DNA from: Chiloscyllium plagiosum
Taxonomy: Eukaryota
Direction: 5' to 3'
NCBI RefSeq assembly: GCF_004010195.1
Contig: NC_057736.1
Span: forward strand, 33,635,839 to 33,699,838
Length of the DNA stretch: 64,000 bases
Shown here: one piece after another, positions 51,090-62,087 of the stretch
Layout: each line of letters opens with the position of its first letter
Numbering within the stretch: position 1 is the stretch's first letter
Position numbers and translations under genes: made by a program
The notes under the pieces: generated by a model
Databases searched by the model: none
The model's input: the letters and a program-made list of their open reading frames with translations, nothing else
What the model was told of the DNA's origin: nothing

Positions 51090-52383
51090 ATAGGATTTAT
51101 AATCATCTAGAAAGGAATAATGTGATTAGGGATAGTTGACACGGTTTTGTGAAGAGTAGGTTGTGCCTCACCAACCTTATTGAGTTCTTTTTGAAGATGA
51201 CCAAACAAGTGGATGAAGTTAAAGCGATTGATGTGGTGTATATGGATTTCAGTAAAGCATTTGATAAGGTTCCCCATGGTAGGCTATTGCAGAAAATACA
51301 GAGGCATGGGATTGAGGGTGATTTAGCATTTTGGATCAGAAATTGGTGAGCTGAAAGAAGAAAGAGGGTAGTGGTTGATGGGAAATGTTCATCCTGGAGC
51401 TCAGATACTAGTGGTGTACCACAAGGATCAGTTTTGTGGCCACTGCTATCTGTCATTTTTACAAATGACCTGGATGATGGCTTAGGAGGATGGGTTAATA
51501 AATTTGCGGATGCCACTAAGGTAGACAAATTGTGGATAGTACTGAAGGATATTGTGGATTACAGAGGGATACAGATAAGATGAAGAGCTGGGCTGAGAAG
51601 TGGCAAATGGAGTTTAATGCAGAAAAGTGTGAGGTGATTCACTTTGGAAAGAGCAACAGGAATGCAGAGTACTGGGCTAATGGTAAGATGGTTGGCAGTG
51701 TGGATGAGCAGAGAGAGCTCGGTATCGATATGCAAAAATCTCTGAAAGTTGCCACTCAGGTTGATAGGGTTGTTAAGAAGGTATATGGTGTGTTGGTGTT
51801 TATTGGTAGGGGGGTTCAGTTTCGGAGTCAAGAGGCCATGTTGCAGCTATACAAAACTCTGGTGTGACCACACTTGGAGTATTACGTACAGTTCTGGTGA
51901 CTGCATTATTGAAAGCATTGGAAAGGGTTCAAAGGAGATTTACAAGGATGTTGCCTGATGTGGAGGGAAGGTCATATGAGGAAAGACTGAGGGACTTGAG
52001 GCTGTTTTCATTAGAGAGAAAGTTGAGAGGTGAGTTAATAGAGGTATATAAGATGATCAGAGGATTAGATGGGGTGGACAGTGAGAGCCTTTTTCTTTGG
52101 ATGGTGATGGCTAGAATGAGGGAACATAGTTTTAAATTGGAGGGGTGATAGATATAGGACAGATGTCAGAGGTAAGTTCTTTACTCAGAGTAGTAAGGGC
52201 ATGGAATGCCCTGCCTGCAACAGTAGTAGACTCACCAACTTTAAGGGCATTTAAATAGTCAGTGGATAAACATATGAATGATAATGGAATAGTGTAAGTT
52301 GGATGGGCTTCAGATTGGTTTCGCAGGTCGGCGCAACATCGAGGGCCAAACGGCCTGTACTACGCTGTAATGTTCTATGTTCT
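51090..52383 (+). mobile_element. CR1-clade LINE, 5'-truncated, same subfamily as 21378-23878
   Basis: ORFs show MDFSKAFDKVPH, GVPQGSVL, WQMEFNAEKC and LERVQRRFTRM; (TGTTCTA)n tail. Confidence 0.94.
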
Positions 52384-52423
52384 GTGGTCAAATTTAATAA
52401 ATGTTTTGCTATTCAAGAGTTTA

Positions 52424-52558
52424 GGAGAAAGTGAGGACTGCAGATGCTGGAGATCAGAGCTGAAAATGTGTTGCTGGAAAAGCGCAGCAGGTCAGGCAGC
52501 ATCCAAGGAGCAGGAGAATCGACGTTTCGGGCATGAGCCCTTCTTCAGGAAAGAGTTC
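52424..52558 (-). mobile_element. Young family-A Penelope cassette, perfect 15-bp TSD
   Basis: CTATTCAAGAGTTTA at 52409-52423 and 52559-52573. Confidence 0.9.
52521..52548 (-). ncRNA. Minimal type-I hammerhead ribozyme core, intact
   Basis: CTGAAGA-A-GGGC-TCAT-GCCC-GAAA-CGTC: CUGANGA box, stem II, GAAA box, palindromic ACGT in place of stem III, GUC triplet. Activity is untested and stem I is short. Confidence 0.75.
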
Positions 52559-53021
52559 CTATTCAAGAGTTTAACTGACTTTACTGAGATGAATAATTAA
52601 CAAATTAGCACTTGTATGTAAAGGAATGTGGCAAATTCATCAGATATTTATATAGACACACATATATATTATATTCTATACACAGACACCAATACAATTT
52701 AAGTACTTATATAAATTGTCCTTGTAATACAATTTTTCACAGCAATTAATAGATCGCATATTGGGTTTTATGCAGTGCACACTTAATTTCAATGAGCTGA
52801 AAGCTGCTGGAAATTCAATATTATTACCCATGTCATTTTTAGGAACCCCATAAAGACCAATAGCTCAAAACAATTTGAATTCCAGTGACTAAAATTCCCA
52901 GAGGTTTTCTGTCATGATGAAATGGTGAAATAAGCACAGAAATCTTTCAGTCCTTCTGTTGATTGCAGCACTTTCTATTTTTGTGGGAGAGGGATTGGTG
53001 CCAGGCTGCAGTACATAAAGT

Positions 53022-53122
53022 GGTCTGAGGAAGGGTCACTTGACCCAAAATGTTAACTCTTATTTCTCTCCATCGATGCTGCCAGATCTGTTGAGCTTTT
53101 CTAGCAATTCTGTTTTTGTTTC
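53022..53122 (+). mobile_element. Family-B Penelope cassette
   Basis: CTGAGGA-A-GGGTC-ACTT-GACCC-aAAA-TGTT starting at 53025. Confidence 0.75.
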
Positions 53123-53227
53123 GAGCCATTTAAATGATCAGCTACCTCCAGCCAAATTGGATATTGGCATTCCTGTAATGATGAACACGTGTGGAAATCA
53201 AAACAGATTCAGATGGTCTGCAGGCTA

Positions 53228-54772
53228 CAGAGATAATGATCTTTCAAGGATCCTTAATTACTGGAAGAGGGCTGGAGTATTGGAAAATTGCCACTGTAAC
53301 ATATTCATTTAAATTGGAAAGGAGACCAAAAGCAGTAACAATAGGCCAGTTAGCTTTGCTTCCAATAATGGGAGATGTTAGAATCAAAAGCTCAAAAGGA
53401 GACATTTAGAAATGCACATCACAAGTCAGCAAACTCAGCATGATTCACGCAGGGGAAGTCATGCTTGAAAAATTTCTTAGAATACTTTGATGAGGTAACA
53501 AGCTGGGTAGATGAAGGGGAAACTGTGGATGTCATATATTTGAATTGTAAGAAGGTATCTGATAAGGTCCCATTTATTAGGCTATTTAATAAGAACCCAA
53601 AGTGTTGGATTATTACATTAGCATGTATAGAAGATTGGTTAACTAGTAGAAGTCAGATTTGGGACCAGGGGATATTTTCAGGATAGCAACTTATGGAGTG
53701 CCAAAACGGATCAGCACTGGGGCCACAACTACTTGCAATACATATTAATGACTCAGATGAGGGAAATTAATATATAATTGTTTGCAGATAACACATAAAT
53801 TAGTGAGAAGACAAATGGCAAATCTGCAGAGGGCAACAGACAGGTTAACTGAATTAGCAAAAATTTGGCAGATAGAATATAACGTGGGAAAATGTGAGCT
53901 TGTGATTTTGGTGGGAGATGAATGTTATCAAAATGGAGAAAGATGTAGGATAGAGGGATTTGTGAATCTGTGCATAAATCACAAAAAACTCCCAAAAAAG
54001 TTCAGCACATTAACAAGAAGGCAAATAAAATGTTGGCCTTTATTTCAAAGGGAATGCTGTCCAAAAATAGGGAGGGCTTCTTAAAACTACATAAGGCATT
54101 AGTTAGATCACACCTGAATGACTACAAACAGTTTTGGTCTCCTTATCTGAGAATAAATATACTAGCATTGGTTGCAGTCCAGAGAAGGTTCACAAGGTTA
54201 ACCCTGAGTATGGAGGGATTGTCTTGAGGAGAGGTTGAATAGGTTGGGCCTGTATTCATTGGCATTTCTAGAATTAGAGGTCATCTTATTGAAACATACA
54301 AGATTCTTGAGGGACTTGATAGGGGAGATGCAGAGAGATTTTATTTCATCTAATATTATCTTGGTTACAATCTCAGAGTAAGGGATCACCCAGTTAGGTC
54401 AGAAATGCAGAATAATTTCTTCTCCCAATTGATATTGAATCTGCAGAGGGCTGAAGAGGGTTGTGTCATCAGGTATTCAAGACTGTGGTAGACAGATTTT
54501 TAATTCGTAAGGGAATCAAGGCTTATGGAAGAATGTCAGGAATTTGGAGTTGAAGATTACCAGATCAACTATGTTAAAAAATCTGATGAAGGAGCGTTGC
54601 TCCGAAAGCTAGTGTGCTTCCAATTAAACCTGTTGGACTATAAATTGGTGTTGTGTGATTTTTAACTTTGTACACCCGAAACATCGGCATCTCCAAATCA
54701 GATCAACTATGATCTCATTGAATGGCACAGCTGACTTTCTGGGCTGAATGGCCTACCACAGCTTATCTTTTA
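53228..54772 (+). mobile_element. Old CR1 LINE 3' half
   Basis: ORFs show VDVIYLN.KK..DKVP, WQIEYNVGKC, ALVRSHL and VQRRFTRL. Confidence 0.85.
54574..54698 (+). mobile_element. Penelope cassette (family C) with intact hammerhead core, 13-bp TSD
   Basis: CAGATCAACTATG at 54561-54573 and 54699-54711. CTGATGA-A-GGAGC-GTT-GCTCC-GAAA-GCTA at 54583-54611. Confidence 0.85.
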
Positions 54773-55879
54773 GTCCGTTGGTTTTGGCATTTGCTCAGAA
54801 ACCCATGCTGGATTTGGTCACATGCGACCTTTAGGAGAGGAAACAAACTTTTTGGGAGAATTAAGGCATTCCTTGGGCAAGATGGAGTACTCTTTGGGAG
54901 GAGTCCGGACCTGTTGGGATTGTGAAAAGTAAATGTGGATTGCATATTAAGTGCACAAACTCACTGGAATAATTAAACTGTCAATGTTAAGCTATCAAAG
55001 CAGTCAAAGAACTGTGAAGTCTGTCAAAACATTAATAATTCCAGGCCTTTTAAACATTGAAAATGTATTTGGAAGGTGAAATATATTAATTAGTTACTTC
55101 CTGTCTCAATCTGTCTATTGCTATTAGCCTGAGGTATTCCACTACTTCAATTGTTCAGCATGATTGATTTCACAAAGATGTATTTTCCCATTGGCATACT
55201 TTCCATTTCATAACTCGATTGACAATGAGAAGTTGTTTTGGACTTTTACATGTGTGTCTTTGAATTCGAATGCCTGTTCCACTTGAATGAAATTGTTATT
55301 TCTAATAAGATATTGTGAAGATTTTATGTTTGATTATTTTTGAGGATTGGAGTTTGAAGGATTGTGGAACCTGGATTGTTACTGAAAGGACATTGGAAGT
55401 TTTTTTTTAAAACAAGGCATTTTTGGTCATCACATGTCTTCAGGTAACTGCTGTTTACTGGAAACTCCTCTTCCTGGCTTTATGATTGTCAGGTTTCATT
55501 GTCTGCTTTGGATACTGGTTGGAGCAGCTGACCAGCCTGCTGAAGGAATGGAGCTTCCCACATTAACTCTCCTGTTTCTGGAAAAATCCTTGTAGTGAAT
55601 CTAATGTGGAAACTGATTCAGTCTCCTACTGGTCTTAAAAAAAAAGTGAGACTGAAGGTAAATACTGCTGAGTGCAATAGGAGTTAAATAAGGTTGATAA
55701 AAGATATATAGAGATGTTGTCAAAGGAAGATAACCCCTTTTCTTTAAGTAATACAGCTAAATCCATAATCATAATAAAGGATAGAGAAGCTACGTAAGCT
55801 CTTTTTTTCTGGGGAAAAGCAATTAATCCTCCAGAGTGCAGTGAAATGGAGTTTTAACCCTAAGAATTTTTGGGTTAAG

Positions 55880-56006
55880 CTACAGCGTGTGGACGGCAGA
55901 GATTCAAGAAGGCAGCTCACCACTACCCTCTCAAGGATAACTAAGGAGGGGCAATAAATGCTGGCCAGCTAACGATGGCCATTTCCCACAAGTGAATTAA
56001 AGAAAA
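55880..56006 (+). mobile_element. LINE 3' terminus sharing its tail with the MetaSINE-like family
   Basis: Encodes QRFKKAAHHYPLKDN*, followed by GGGCAATAAATGCTGGCC (compare 32463-32480). Confidence 0.65.
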
Positions 56007-56755
56007 CCAATGTTTCAATATGAATAGAGTGTGGAACCTGATTCAATCTTGAAGAATCATCCAGACTGTGTTCTTCGCAAAGCTACATTTGCAAAAATCC
56101 CAGAGAGAGCTGCCTTTACATACTGACACATGCCAGAACTAATGTCATCTGAACACTCCATACCATACTCCATTTTCCTTCAAGGATTAACCATTGTGAC
56201 TAAAATTGTTTTTACTTAAAAGCAAATCTCTGCAAAGAGGAATATATTTCTGTTTATCTTTTATCTGGCACATGGGTTTGTGCCTATGTTTTTGGTAATT
56301 TGCAGGATGAAAGATTTGTATTGCTACATTGCAAACCAATGTTACAGAACATATTTTGCATCTTTGTGGACTACGTTTTGTTTTACAACAAATGTATAAT
56401 TTTAGGCATTTCAAAGTACTACCATTGATGTAACCATTTGAAAGAAAAGTCTAATATCAAGAAAGCCTACCAAAATAACTCCACAGAGGCCAGTATCCTG
56501 TCACCAAGACACCGTTTATTTACACATGGAGAGTCCTGGACACTGATCCAGCTCCCTCAGAGCCGGCTCTCGGAGTGAACAGGATCTCTGACATGTCTGC
56601 TCTTTTTTTTGCACGAATCTTTATTCACATTTCTACCACCAGGAAGAAAAGAAACAATATGTCTGCTTTTTTTAAATATAATATGTACATCCATTTTCAC
56701 ATTCTACTGGCTTTTTGTCAGCTTTTCCCTCTGGATGTGAAATAATTCCACAGAG

Positions 56756-56844
56756 TTAAAAATCACACAACACCAGGTTATAGTCCAACAGGTTTAATTG
56801 GAAGCACACTAGCTTTTGGAGCGACGCTCCTTCATCAGGTGATG
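56756..56844 (-). mobile_element. Family-C Penelope cassette nested in the transduced LTR piece, 15-bp TSD
   Basis: AATAATTCCACAGAG at 56741-56755 and 56845-56859. cacCTGATGA-A-GGAGC-GTC-GCTCC-aAAA-GCTA-gtg. Confidence 0.85.
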
Positions 56845-57140
56845 AATAATTCCACAGAGGCTGGTATTCCCATCACCACGTCACCCTTTATTTACAAGTG
56901 TATGGTCCGGCTTCCTCAGACCCAGCTCTCAGAGTGTCAGAACATCTGACACTCCTATTTTCTTTTACTTTTTATTTTTATTTTTACCCCCACACTACTG
57001 CCTAACTGCGGTGGTGCTTATTTTTTCCCAGCACCCATGTTGGTGTGTATGCAAATGTGAGACACAGTGAAAGACACAAGGTGCACAAATCTTTATTCAA
57101 ATTTCCACCACCAGGAAGAAAAGAAACAACATGTCTGCTC

Positions 57141-57433
57141 TTTTTTTTCTTTCTTTTTCAGTGAGAGACACAAGGTACACCAATCTTTATTCAATTTCCA
57201 CCACCAGGAAGATAGGAAAACACCAGAGTGGCCAGTGACAAGCAGTGCCCTTCACATCGAAGGGCAATGCTCTGTGATCAAAACAGTGAAGGGGAGGGTA
57301 GGGACTAAATCAAAATAGAGTTGGAGAAATGATGCACTCCACTCCCTGCGGCGGCCACCTCTCCCTGAACAACTCCAGGGTGTTGGTGGACACCGTGTGC
57401 TCCTTCTCCAAGGACACCCGGGCTCGAACATAA
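57141..57433 (-). mobile_element. Tx1-clade (L1 group) LINE 3' end: ORF2 C-terminus, 3' UTR and poly(A)
   Basis: Minus-strand translation from 57432 gives YVRARVSLEKEHTVSTNTLELFRERWPPQGVECII, resembling the Tx1-type C-terminal F..RW...C motif. AATAAA and an A tail follow. Confidence 0.75.
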
Positions 57434-59668
57434 ACATGTCTGCTCTTTTTTTTTCAACTACTCCTGTTCTTTTTTTATATAACCCCTACACTACCGCCTA
57501 ACTGCGGTAGTGCTTATTTTTTTCCCCAGCACCCATGGTGCGTGTGTGCATGTGTGAGACACTGTGAGAACATATGTGCTCTTTTTTTTTCAAGAAACAA
57601 AAATGTATTCTATTTTAAATTTTACATGGTTAAGTTCTCCAATAACAATTAAAACTTAAAAAGATTAGATTCCAAACTTATAATAAATGATTTTCACAGG
57701 ATCAGTGAGGTTGACTAGCCATACTTGAAAAATATCACATTGTGAAAGACTTGCATTTGTTAGGACATTTTGTAAGATGCAACAGGAAAACCAACATTTA
57801 TACAGCACAAGAGGAGAGTGCTGATAAGTTAACATGCATTAGTAGCTACATACATTAGATTAAACATGTGTGCTCTTATCTGTCAGCAAGGGCACTCTGA
57901 CTGGGGCTAGATGAACAACCCCAATTAAGGAACACATATTCTATAAGGTCCACCTTGGTTGACCTTGTTACAATCACTACACTGACAATTTCCATATTGA
58001 GAATCAGATAAAACAATTAACTTTACATTGCGATTGGAAAGCTGTGGGACGAGAGAGAGTTGGTGCACTGTTTCTGTTTGGGAACAGCAAAGGATTTACT
58101 GTAAGGAAGAAATTTCAATGTGACAGACGTGCTTTTAGGAATGAGTGCATTTTGTAAATTTTCAATACAGGTATGGTGAAATACCGATTTTATTTAACAA
58201 ATCTTTATTTTCCTCACTGTGCACAGGTCCTGACATCTGCTGACTTATGGTGGATACGATACTAAATGAGTTGGCATAGGATGTAAAATAGCAAAGGGTA
58301 GGAGGTGTGGAGCATGGCTTAACAGCCACAGGTTGTCTTGAAGATAATGATAGGTTATGGAAAGTGGGTACAGTGGCATAGTTTAACAGGAATGACAGGG
58401 GATCGTGGGGATGTGTGCAGTATGTCTGGTGGCAAAGATGCAAATGGATTGAGCATGGGAAGTGTGCATGGGAGGGAGAAGATGAGAGATTACAACTGTC
58501 TTCAGTTTCATTAGCTGTTTTAAAATTAATTTTCCACACAGTATCCCTTTCTCGTGCCCAGCTTGCATCCAGAGTCAGTATCCTCCACCTTTATTCCAGG
58601 TTTGCACCTCCATCCTATTCATCATCTTACAACAGTGCTGCATGTTACTCCAGATTTTTACCTGAGTAGCTGTGCCTGACAAGTCTTGAATGCCTAGTGC
58701 CATGGTCTCTTTGCCAGCCTTGAGCGAAGAGAATGGGTCTCTTCTCCAACACCCGCCCAATGGGATCTTCAGGTCCCTATCAGTGTAACTTTCCCTCTCT
58801 CAGTCTCATCTCCTTTGGAATTGTGCAGCAACACACTGTTAAGGACAGTTCCTGGTTTGCTGTGTTCAAAATGGTTTTACTAAGACACTCAGGGTAAATA
58901 CCAGAAAGGCCCATCTTCCTCTGTTCTGCCTATGCTGAGCACAATACTGTGCAGGAATGTTGCCATGGAGATTTAGCATACATAATGAGGTGAATAGCAG
59001 TAAATCACATGAAACAAGTTATCGGATTTATGTAGCAAAACCCTCCATGTAACTCCCTGAAACTGACATTGGTCAAATTAAAGGAAGATTCAGCCCATTA
59101 TCCCTCTATTACTATTCTTTACTTCCGAGACAAACTAAAATTACATTCCAAAGACCTTTTCATTTTTCCATGGCTAAAAGCCAGTCCCAATTCACAAAAA
59201 CTTTCTCAAGCCAATTTTAATTGAAAACCGAAGACACAGTAATGCAAGCAAAATTAAACATCCAAACGAAATGGTAAAATACTGATCAATATCTTCTCAC
59301 AGCTTCAGTGTCACCTTCTAACACTTTAAACAATTTTGTAAAAAAAAAACAAAATTTTTTAAGCAGGTGGCCATTCCTTTTTAAGACAAATGGATGCTAA
59401 ACTTAATGTTAAACACCACTCAAAGTATTATTACATTTAAAACAGCTATGAGGCAATTCTGGCAGCTGACCTATGTGGAACACAGAGACAAGATGCTTTG
59501 ATTTTTGCTGAGTCCACCCCATTTATAGGCAATTGGAAGCTTCCAATTTTTTTTTATTAAGGACAGCAAATTTGTCACAACATGAAATTTAATTAACTGA
59601 TTACTCAACATTAATAAATTGGGTTTTGCATTAATGCAGATACTCCGGAACTTGGGAAACTATATCCA

Positions 59669-59874
59669 CGATGGGTGAATACAATGGTATTGGGAGAGCA
59701 CTCCCACGTCTCCTACTTCCACACAAATGATCTTTGATAAGAGAATTCCTGATTCCTGTTTCAGTTATACCTTGTGATTTTTACAATCTTGATTGAGCAA
59801 ACCTGGAAGTCCTAGGCTCAAATTCAGGCAGGATTTGGGCCTAGTCACTGCTTACTTTGTGTTTTGAGCTAATA
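59669..59874 (+). repeat. Direct repeat, copy 1 (~207 bp)
   Basis: Aligns end to end with 60842-61051 at high identity by eye. Confidence 0.9.
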
Positions 59875-60841
59875 CCCACGAGAAGGTCAACGGTCCAGTC
59901 TCATCGTGCTCATATGTTGCATTCTGCAGTGACTTTTTTACCTTTTCCACTCTGCAAATTTAAAACTTCAGCTGCAGAATAGACATGTTCGGATAATTAG
60001 TTGAACCCAATGCAGACTTGGTGTTACAAGCCCATGCTGTATTAACCTTAACTCACTGATCAGGTGTTTCCTGTAGGCATGGCTCCCCACCAGCACTGCA
60101 TACTCTCACCTAATTTTATTTCTGAGGTGTTGCGTATGGGTTGGGGGAGGGGGAGGAATAGAAAGTAAAGAATTGAGTTATTTGCCTTCAGAAACTTCTA
60201 TGCAACTGTCTTGCTTCAGAGGAAGAGACGAGCCTATCATTTGTAATGATTGTGATGCAAATAAAGATGCAGTGCAATGTGTTCTACATTAAGAAGTGCA
60301 CAAAAGGATTCTTTTAAGGTTACTGTTCCTTTAAGATTCCCTGCGCCTGCTGTTTATGTGACAATGGTGTAGCACTTCACTGAAGTTTCTGACAGAATCA
60401 CTTGAAAGTAGCCTTACAGGAAGAGGTAACTGGCAGTGACAACTTCTTGTGTGAAACTGACAGAAACAGTGACAGAAAACTGACAAAATTCCACCAAGTG
60501 CAATGCAAAGTTGTGAAAGAAGAAAGTTGTATTGTGTACCAGCAAAATAAAACAAGAAAATAAGTTGTCTTTTTTTAACAACAGCTAAAAAAGACTCCTT
60601 CAATGATTAATGCGTTAATATTCCAACAATTTCTAATAAGTTACACAATTATCCATCACCTGAGTTCAAGCATACAGAAGGATACAAATACAACACCTAT
60701 TTGTGAAATATGAGACCAGCTTGAAATTGAGCCAAGGGCCACATTTGAATAATTTAAGTGAATTAATACACCAGCCATACCTCGACAGGTAGGTTATTCA
60801 GCTCAACTGCCTTGCTAATGGCTGCTAGGTGAATTGGAGAT

Positions 60842-61051
60842 CGATGGGTGAATACTGTGGTGTTAGGAGAACACTCCCACTTCTCCTGCTTCCACACAAA
60901 TGATGTCTGAGAAGAGAACTCCTGATTCCTATTTGTTATTCCTCGTGATTTTTTAAAATCTTGATTGAGCAAACAGCCTGTAGAAGTCCTAGGTTCAAAT
61001 TCAGGCAGGATTTGGGCCTATTCACTGCTTACTTTGTGTTTTGAACTAATA
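60842..61051 (+). repeat. Direct repeat, copy 2
   Basis: Aligns with 59669-59874. Confidence 0.9.
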
Positions 61052-62087
61052 TTGTAAACCAGCTCTTTTAAATACTTATCTCTTCAGTATCCCTCAATGG
61101 TGGGTATACTATGCTGAGCCTGACACTTGGCTTCTAATCTTAATTCGGGCTGCACCATTTCTGATCTATTATAACACTCATTTATTTACATCTATATATT
61201 GCAGGCTATAGCTACAGCTCTTTACTGGGTGTGTCTAAGACCTCTCTTTGCATATGCTTCTGGCCTGATGTTTTCTCTTGATTTCCCTTACTGAGTCACA
61301 TCATCAGACATATAATTATTATTCACGTATATCATTATACTCCAGCTACCATTTTGGGCTCAGTCAAATTTCAAGTTTTTTTCAAATTACATAATCTGTT
61401 ATCATGAGTGCATCCAGGATATATTCCAAATGAATGGAAATGGTTGAGCATTATGAAGCTTATTAGGTGACTTTTCAGGCTTTCCTGAATACTAGCATTC
61501 ACTTTAAACGTGCAATCCAGTATCGGCACATTCAGATTTAATAGATTATAATTGTTGCAAATTAATTGGGAACGTTGAGAGATTGCCAAATTATTCTTCC
61601 ATCATTTCTAAAGTTAGAAAATAACATACAAGGGCTTTTGTGGCACAATGGTACAGCTGAGCCAGGAGGTCTGGAGACAAGTTCTACCTGTTGCAGAGGT
61701 GTGTAATAACATCCCTGGGTGATTAGAAAGTATTGAGAAGATAACATATTGGGAGACTGCTGCAAAATAATCTTTGATAATCTTAGCAGATGCACAAGAC
61801 AAATCTCAGAACGGAAGCTGGATTGAAAGATCATGCCTCTTTTCACTGATTGTGGTAGTCAGTTACATAAATATTGTCATACAAGGTCGTGAAATGATAC
61901 ATAAAAAACATGGATTTTTAAAGCATTTCTTCACAGTGTACAGTCAGTTACAATATTTACCCTTTTGGATAGTCTGGAGGGTGTGATGTAAGCAGAGGGA
62001 TTGGGTAGCCCATTAGTTAATGACCAATAATGAAAAACATGCTAATCCTGTGGAAAAAGAGGTCAGCATTCATCTAGTCCATATCGA

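Larger units (their letters stand above)
56471..57981 (-). mobile_element. Small solo LTR split by a tandem array of five retro-insertions
   Basis: LTR halves at 56471-56602 and 57864-57981 (minus strand starts TGTAGTG). Six copies of ACATGT(C/G)TGCTC start at 56591, 56657, 57129, 57434, 57570 and 57864. Confidence 0.85.

Noticed and set aside
56591-57875. CRISPR array
   Set aside because: Eukaryotic context, no cas genes, 12-bp repeats and spacers of very unequal length with poly(A) tails. Target-site duplication explains the pattern.
60770-60870. 5S rRNA-derived head upstream of repeat copy 2
   Set aside because: Only GCCATACC and a loose GGAGA...GAATAC match; the internal control region is missing and copy 1 lacks the upstream part.
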